From IMG/VR virus record IMGVR_UViG_2703718769_000016, positions 1 to 19,413 of that record: a DNA stretch of 19,413 nucleotides. One strand, given 5' to 3'. The translations under genes were made by a program, and so were the position numbers. The DNA comes from a virus (taxonomy: Duplodnaviria > Heunggongvirae > Uroviricota > Caudoviricetes). The notes below the pieces were generated by a model. It did not search any database. It saw only the letters and a program-made list of their open reading frames with translations, and was not told the origin of the DNA. Shown here piece after piece: positions 15,408-19,413 of the stretch. Each line of letters begins with the position of its first letter. The first letter of the stretch is position 1.

Positions 15408-15686
15408 ATGGCGCACAATACCAAATCACACAATTCTGATAATTCAGCTGTCTTTGCCAGCAGGCACGGGCGGCGTTCCCGCACATTCAAATCTGACTGG
15501 TTCCAGCATGACCCATGCACAGAAGAACAGGCCGAATGGTTAATTCAGTGCTACCGCAGGCGCGGATACGAGTTTCAGAAAGACCTCAGCCTCGACCGAC
15601 TGCACTGGATAATCTCTGTGAGGCTCCCTTACTCCGAGCGCCCACCGCGTCCATCCCGCACATTCCAGCAACGTATCTGGAGGTAA
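15408..15686 (+). CDS. Hypothetical protein (Rem-like position upstream of the YdfU-like gene)
   Basis: 92-aa ORF from the first ATG with any SD-like context (15408); stop TAA overlaps the SD/GTG start of the next gene; start uncertain. Confidence 0.4.
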   Translation: MAHNTKSHNSDNSAVFASRHGRRSRTFKSDWFQHDPCTEEQAEWLIQCYRRRGYEFQKDLSLDRLHWIISVRLPYSERPPRPSRTFQQRIWR

Positions 15687-15687
15687 C

Positions 15688-16737
15688 GTGCGGGTATTAC
15701 TTCGACCTGTTCTTGTGCCAGAACTCGGGCTGGTGATCGTTAAGCCGGGCCATGAATCCATGCCGGTATTCCAAAATACCCGGGTACTGGTGGAGCCGGA
15801 ACCGAAAAGCATGCGTAATCTGCCGTCCGGGGTCGTTCCTGCCGTTCGCCAGCCGCTGGCGGAGGATAAATCATTACTGCCATTTTTCAGCGACGAACGA
15901 GTGATTCGTGCTGCTGGTGGCGCTGGCGCATTGTCTGACTGGTTACTGCGCCATGTTAAATCCTGCCAGTGGCCACACGGCGATTATCACCACAGTGAAA
16001 CCGTCATTCACCGTTATGGCGCTGGCGCGATGGTGTTGTGCTGGCACTGTGACAACCAGCTGCGTGACCAGACATCCGAATCACTCGGGCAACTTGCTCA
16101 TCAAAACCTGTCAGCATGGATGATTGACGTCATACGCCATGCAATGAATGGCACGCAGGAGCGGGAATTGTCGCTGGCTGAATTATCCTGGTGGGCGGTC
16201 TGCAATCAGGTGGCGGACGCGTTTCCGGAGGCAGTATTACGTCGTTCTCTGGGGTTACGTGCGGAAAAAATCCGCTCGGTGTATCGCGAAAGCGACATCA
16301 TACCGGGAGAGCAGACCGCCACCAGCATACTGAAGCAGCGCACAAAAAATATTGCGCCGCCGTCTCACGCCCGCCAGCAACAGAACCCACCACAGGAAAA
16401 GACGGTGGTATGCATCACCGTTGATCCGGAGTCTCCGGAATCTTTTATGAGGCGACCTAAACGTCGCCGTTGGGTAAATGAGAAATATACGCGCTGGGTG
16501 AAGACACAGCCGTGTGCGTGTTGTGGTCAGCCAGCCGACGATCCCCATCACCTGATTGGTCACGGTCAGGGAGGGATGGGAACAAAGGCCCACGATATTT
16601 TCACGCTACCGCTGTGTCGGGAGCATCATAACGAGCTTCATGCGGATCCGCTGGCGTTCGAAGAAAAGCATGGTTCTCAGGTTGATTTAATTTTTCGTTT
16701 TCTTGATCACGCCTTTGCAACCGGTGTGCTTGGGTAA
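15688..16737 (+). CDS. YdfU-like DUF968 protein with C-terminal HNH-like Cys/His motif
   Basis: 349-aa ORF (same length as K-12 Qin YdfU from memory); GTG start with GGAGG SD; C-terminal CACCGQPADDPHHLIGHGQGG...CREHHNELH zinc-binding HNH-like signature. Confidence 0.7.
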   Translation: MRVLLRPVLVPELGLVIVKPGHESMPVFQNTRVLVEPEPKSMRNLPSGVVPAVRQPLAEDKSLLPFFSDERVIRAAGGAGALSDWLLRHVKSCQWPHGDYHHSETVIHRYGAGAMVLCWHCDNQLRDQTSESLGQLAHQNLSAWMIDVIRHAMNGTQERELSLAELSWWAVCNQVADAFPEAVLRRSLGLRAEKIRSVYRESDIIPGEQTATSILKQRTKNIAPPSHARQQQNPPQEKTVVCITVDPESPESFMRRPKRRRWVNEKYTRWVKTQPCACCGQPADDPHHLIGHGQGGMGTKAHDIFTLPLCREHHNELHADPLAFEEKHGSQVDLIFRFLDHAFATGVLG

Positions 16738-16749
16738 AAGGGGGTATTG

Positions 16750-17112
16750 ATGTGTATAGAGTTTGTTTTGCCTTACCCGCCGACGGTGAATACTTACTGG
16801 CGACGTCGTGGCAGCACATATTTTGTATCAAAAGCCGGGGAGCGTTATCGCCGGGCAGTGGCGTTTATTGTTCGCCAGCAGCAGTTGAAATTAAGCCTGT
16901 CCGGACGGCTGGCAATAAAAATTATTGCAGAGCCACCGGATAAGCGCCGCCGTGACCTGGACAATATTCTGAAAGCACCGCTGGATGCGCTGACGCACGC
17001 GGGGTTGTTAATGGACGATGAACAGTTTGATGAAATCAATATTGTACGTGGTCAGCCAGTATCTGGTGGACGGCTGGAAATAAGAATTACAGAGGTGGGT
17101 GTGCATGAATAA
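16750..17112 (+). CDS. rusA: RusA Holliday-junction resolvase (crossover junction endodeoxyribonuclease)
   Basis: 120 aa; motifs PPTVNTYWRRRG, DKRRRDLDNILKAPLDALTHAGLLMDD and GGRLEIRITE match the RusA family; SD AAGGGGGT. Confidence 0.85.
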   Translation: MCIEFVLPYPPTVNTYWRRRGSTYFVSKAGERYRRAVAFIVRQQQLKLSLSGRLAIKIIAEPPDKRRRDLDNILKAPLDALTHAGLLMDDEQFDEINIVRGQPVSGGRLEIRITEVGVHE

Positions 17113-17794
17113 CCAGTATTTACAGTTTGTTCGTGAGCAACTCATGATTGCCACTGCAGATCTCAGTGGGTCGACAAAAGGCCAGCTGGAAGCCTGGCAG
17201 GAAAATGCCCTGTTCGATACAGGGCGTTACAGACGCAAAAAAATTCGTTACCGCGATGAGGTAACTGGAAAAATGATCACGCGGGATAATCCCCCGATCC
17301 AGGGTAAACAATCACTGGCGAAAGGCTCATCAATTGCGCTGGTCAGTCCTGTTGAGTTTGCAACATCATCGTGGCGGCGTGCCCTTCTGGAACTGGAAGA
17401 ACATCAGAAGGCGTGGTTGTTGTGGTGTTATGGCGGAAACATTTGCTGGGAGCATCAGATCGCGATAACGCAGTGGGTGTGGAGTGAATTTAAAACTCAG
17501 TCCGGCTCCAGAAAAATTGCAGTGAAAACGCTGGAGCGTGTGAAGAAGTTGATCTGGCTGGCGGCACAGGATGTCAGAGGATGGGTTACCGGGTGTGAGG
17601 TCTACCAGAGACAGGAGCTTGCCAGACTGTGTGGAGTTAAGCCTGATAACTGGAGCCATAATTATGCGAACTACTGGCGTGAGATGTGCGATATTTTTAA
17701 GCGCCTCGATAGAGAATCCTTGATTTGCTCCGTGAAAATAAGAGCGCAACAAAAAGCGACCTTTTCACGACGAGATATTGCAAAAGTCAATTAA
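17105..17794 (+). CDS. Putative late-gene antitermination protein (Q-like), function inferred from position
   Basis: 229-aa ORF whose ATG overlaps the rusA stop (ATGAATAA) with SD GAGGTGG; followed about 70 nt downstream by a promoter-like element and a strong terminator (pR'/tR'-like); no Cys-rich zinc finger seen, so the family is uncertain. Confidence 0.4.
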   Translation: MNNQYLQFVREQLMIATADLSGSTKGQLEAWQENALFDTGRYRRKKIRYRDEVTGKMITRDNPPIQGKQSLAKGSSIALVSPVEFATSSWRRALLELEEHQKAWLLWCYGGNICWEHQIAITQWVWSEFKTQSGSRKIAVKTLERVKKLIWLAAQDVRGWVTGCEVYQRQELARLCGVKPDNWSHNYANYWREMCDIFKRLDRESLICSVKIRAQQKATFSRRDIAKVN

Positions 17795-17816
17795 ATCGCG
17801 TATGTTTCGTATAAAT
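17778..17816 (+). promoter_or_regulatory. Candidate pR'-like late promoter
   Basis: TTGCAA (17778-17783) then 17 nt then TATGTT (17801-17806); TATAAAT at 17810-17816 as an alternative -10. Confidence 0.25.
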
Positions 17817-17856
17817 CTGATATTTTGCCGATTTTGTACGCGATGGCAAAGTAAGA

Positions 17857-17882
17857 AAAAAACACCGCCAGGTGGTTTTTTT
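17857..17882 (+). terminator. tR'-like Rho-independent terminator downstream of the Q-like gene
   Basis: AAAAAAACACC-GCCA-GGTGG-TTTTTTT: hairpin flanked by an A-run and a T-run (bidirectional-looking). Confidence 0.45.
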
Positions 17883-18005
17883 ATGTCCGAAAATCTCGTC
17901 AGTACAGTAAACGCGCTGGTGGTGGTGAATACCGGTCTTTCAGCTTGCTGGCTTTTTTGACAAGAGTTATTGGTGTGTCACGTTAACCGGAAAAGGGAAA
18001 AAGAC

Positions 18006-18203
18006 ATGCTGAAACAGCAGGATATGACCGAAACCGCCAGAGTGGTGTTTAATGAATTAAGCGTCACTGAACCGGCGACAGTCGGGGAGATTGCGCAGAA
18101 TACTTATCTTTCACGTGAACGCTGCCAGTTAATACTGACCCAGCTTGTTATGGCGGGGCTGGCAGACTATCAGTTCGGTTGTTACAGACGCCTTCAGTCC
18201 TGA
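18006..18203 (+). CDS. Small wHTH-like DNA-binding protein (65 aa)
   Basis: SD AAAGGGAAAAAG before ATG 18006; TVGEIAQNTYLSRERCQLILTQLVMAGL resembles a winged-helix recognition segment; terminator overlaps the stop. Confidence 0.45.
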   Translation: MLKQQDMTETARVVFNELSVTEPATVGEIAQNTYLSRERCQLILTQLVMAGLADYQFGCYRRLQS

Positions 18204-18215
18204 AGGCTTTTTTAT
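18190..18215 (+). terminator. Rho-independent terminator
   Basis: Perfect hairpin GCCTTCAG-TC-CTGAAGGC followed by TTTTTTATTT. Confidence 0.6.
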
Positions 18216-18354
18216 TTGTGGTAAATGGGCGGCTGGTGGGTGTTAGGGGCACTCACCAGCCATCTGCTCATGCGTCCGGATCACAAGCAAACCTCAGGCC
18301 CATCTGCTTTGCGCAAAAGCAGAATGAGCCTATCAGAGACAGGCTTAATGATCC

Positions 18355-19413
18355 ATGCTTAATACTGTAAAAATATCCAGTTGTGAGTTAATCAACGCCG
18401 ACTGCCTGGAATTTATCCGGTCGTTACCCGAAAATTCTGTTGACCTGATAGTCACGGACCCGCCGTACTTTAAAGTGAAGCCTGAGGGCTGGGATAACCA
18501 GTGGAAGGGCGACGATGATTACCTGAAGTGGCTGGACCAGTGTCTTGCGCAGTTCTGGCGGGTGCTGAAACCTGCCGGAAGTCTTTACCTGTTCTGTGGC
18601 CATCGCCTGGCATCTGATATCGAAATCATGATGCGTGAACGCTTCAGTGTGCTGAACCATATTATCTGGGCGAAGCCGTCCGGACGCTGGAACGGGTGCA
18701 ACAAGGAAAGCCTGAGGGCGTATTTCCCCGCCACAGAGCGCATTCTGTTCGCGGAACATTATCAGGGGCCGTATCGCCCGAAAGATGCCGGGTATGAGGC
18801 GAAGGGCAGGGCACTGAAACAGCATGTGATGGCCCCGCTGATTGCTTACTTTCGTGATGCGCGCGCTACCCTGGGGATAACGGCAAAACAGATTGTGGAT
18901 GCCACAGGAAAGAAAAACATGGTGTCGCACTGGTTCAGTGCCAGCCAGTGGCAGTTACCGAACGAGGATGATTACAGAAAACTTCAGGTGCTGTTTGCCC
19001 GGGTGGCAGAAGAGAAACATCAGCGGGGTGAACTGGAAAAGCCACATCACCAACTGGTCAGCACATACAGTGAGCTGAACCGGCAGTATGCCAGCCTGCT
19101 GGAAGAGTACAAATCACTGCGGCGTTATTTTTCCGTATCGGCAGCCGTTCCTTATACGGATGTCTGGACGCACAAGCCTGTGCAGTATTATCCGGGCAAA
19201 CATCCCTGTGAAAAACCGGCAGATATGTTGCGGCAAATGATTACCGCCAGCAGTCGTCCGGGTGACCTGGTTGCAGATTTCTTCATGGGGTCCGGTTCGA
19301 CAGTCAAAGCAGCGATGGCGCTGGGGCGTCGTGCAATTGGTGTCGAGCTGGAGGCTGAACGTTTTGAGCAGACCGCAATGGATGTACAGAATTTAATCAG
19401 AAAGAGAGAGTGA
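18355..19413 (+). CDS. DNA methyltransferase, beta-class amino-MTase (N6-adenine or N4-cytosine), apparently orphan within this window
   Basis: Motif IV TDPPYF near the N-terminus (residues about 34-39) and motif I DFFMGSGST near the C-terminus give the beta-group motif order; 352 aa; ORF ends exactly at the window edge. Confidence 0.85.
   Translation: MLNTVKISSCELINADCLEFIRSLPENSVDLIVTDPPYFKVKPEGWDNQWKGDDDYLKWLDQCLAQFWRVLKPAGSLYLFCGHRLASDIEIMMRERFSVLNHIIWAKPSGRWNGCNKESLRAYFPATERILFAEHYQGPYRPKDAGYEAKGRALKQHVMAPLIAYFRDARATLGITAKQIVDATGKKNMVSHWFSASQWQLPNEDDYRKLQVLFARVAEEKHQRGELEKPHHQLVSTYSELNRQYASLLEEYKSLRRYFSVSAAVPYTDVWTHKPVQYYPGKHPCEKPADMLRQMITASSRPGDLVADFFMGSGSTVKAAMALGRRAIGVELEAERFEQTAMDVQNLIRKRE

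Noticed and set aside
17778-17960. 60-aa ORF spanning the region after the Q-like gene
   Set aside because: It runs straight through the promoter-like element and the tR'-like hairpin and T-tract; more likely non-coding.
18204-18354. Possible tRNA gene between the late-control region and the methyltransferase (lambdoid phages often carry tRNAs here)
   Set aside because: No cloverleaf could be built: no T-loop (GTTCNANNC) or D-loop consensus and no acceptor-stem complementarity; the hairpins look like terminator or operator-type structures.
1-19413. CRISPR array, rRNA, insertion-sequence inverted repeats or transposase
   Set aside because: No regularly spaced direct repeats, no rRNA-like conserved stretches and no transposase-like ORF were seen.

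Overview
This window reads as the integrase-proximal ~19.4 kb of a lambdoid (Rac/Qin-like) enterobacterial prophage. All calls rest on reading the six-frame translations, start-codon context and local sequence by eye; no database search was run. Left to right: a tyrosine integrase and putative excisionase (minus strand) at the left edge; a leftward early operon with an 827-aa exonuclease carrying a DEDDh-type 3'-5' exonuclease C-terminus, an AT-rich 128-aa gene and a KilR-like 73-aa protein; an immunity region with a CI-like HTH/S24-peptidase repressor (minus) flanked by repeated 12-mer operator-like sites and a divergent Cro-like (YdaS-type) gene; a rightward replication module (YdaT-like, DUF1376/YdaU-like initiator with internal iteron-like repeats, lambda-P-like loader); a run of tightly coupled small nin-region-like genes; a hok/sok-type type I toxin locus; then a low-GC two-gene insert with its own promoter and terminator, encoding a 216-aa unknown protein plus an Xre-HTH/M78 (ImmA/IrrE-type) metallopeptidase. 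This insert is the best candidate for an accessory toxin-antitoxin-like or anti-phage defence module and is the most interesting thing in the window. Downstream are Rem-like and YdfU-like genes, RusA, a Q-like putative antiterminator followed by a pR'/tR'-like promoter-terminator pair, a small wHTH gene and a beta-class (DPPY...FxGxG) DNA methyltransferase ending at the window edge. No rRNA, tRNA, CRISPR array or transposase was found.
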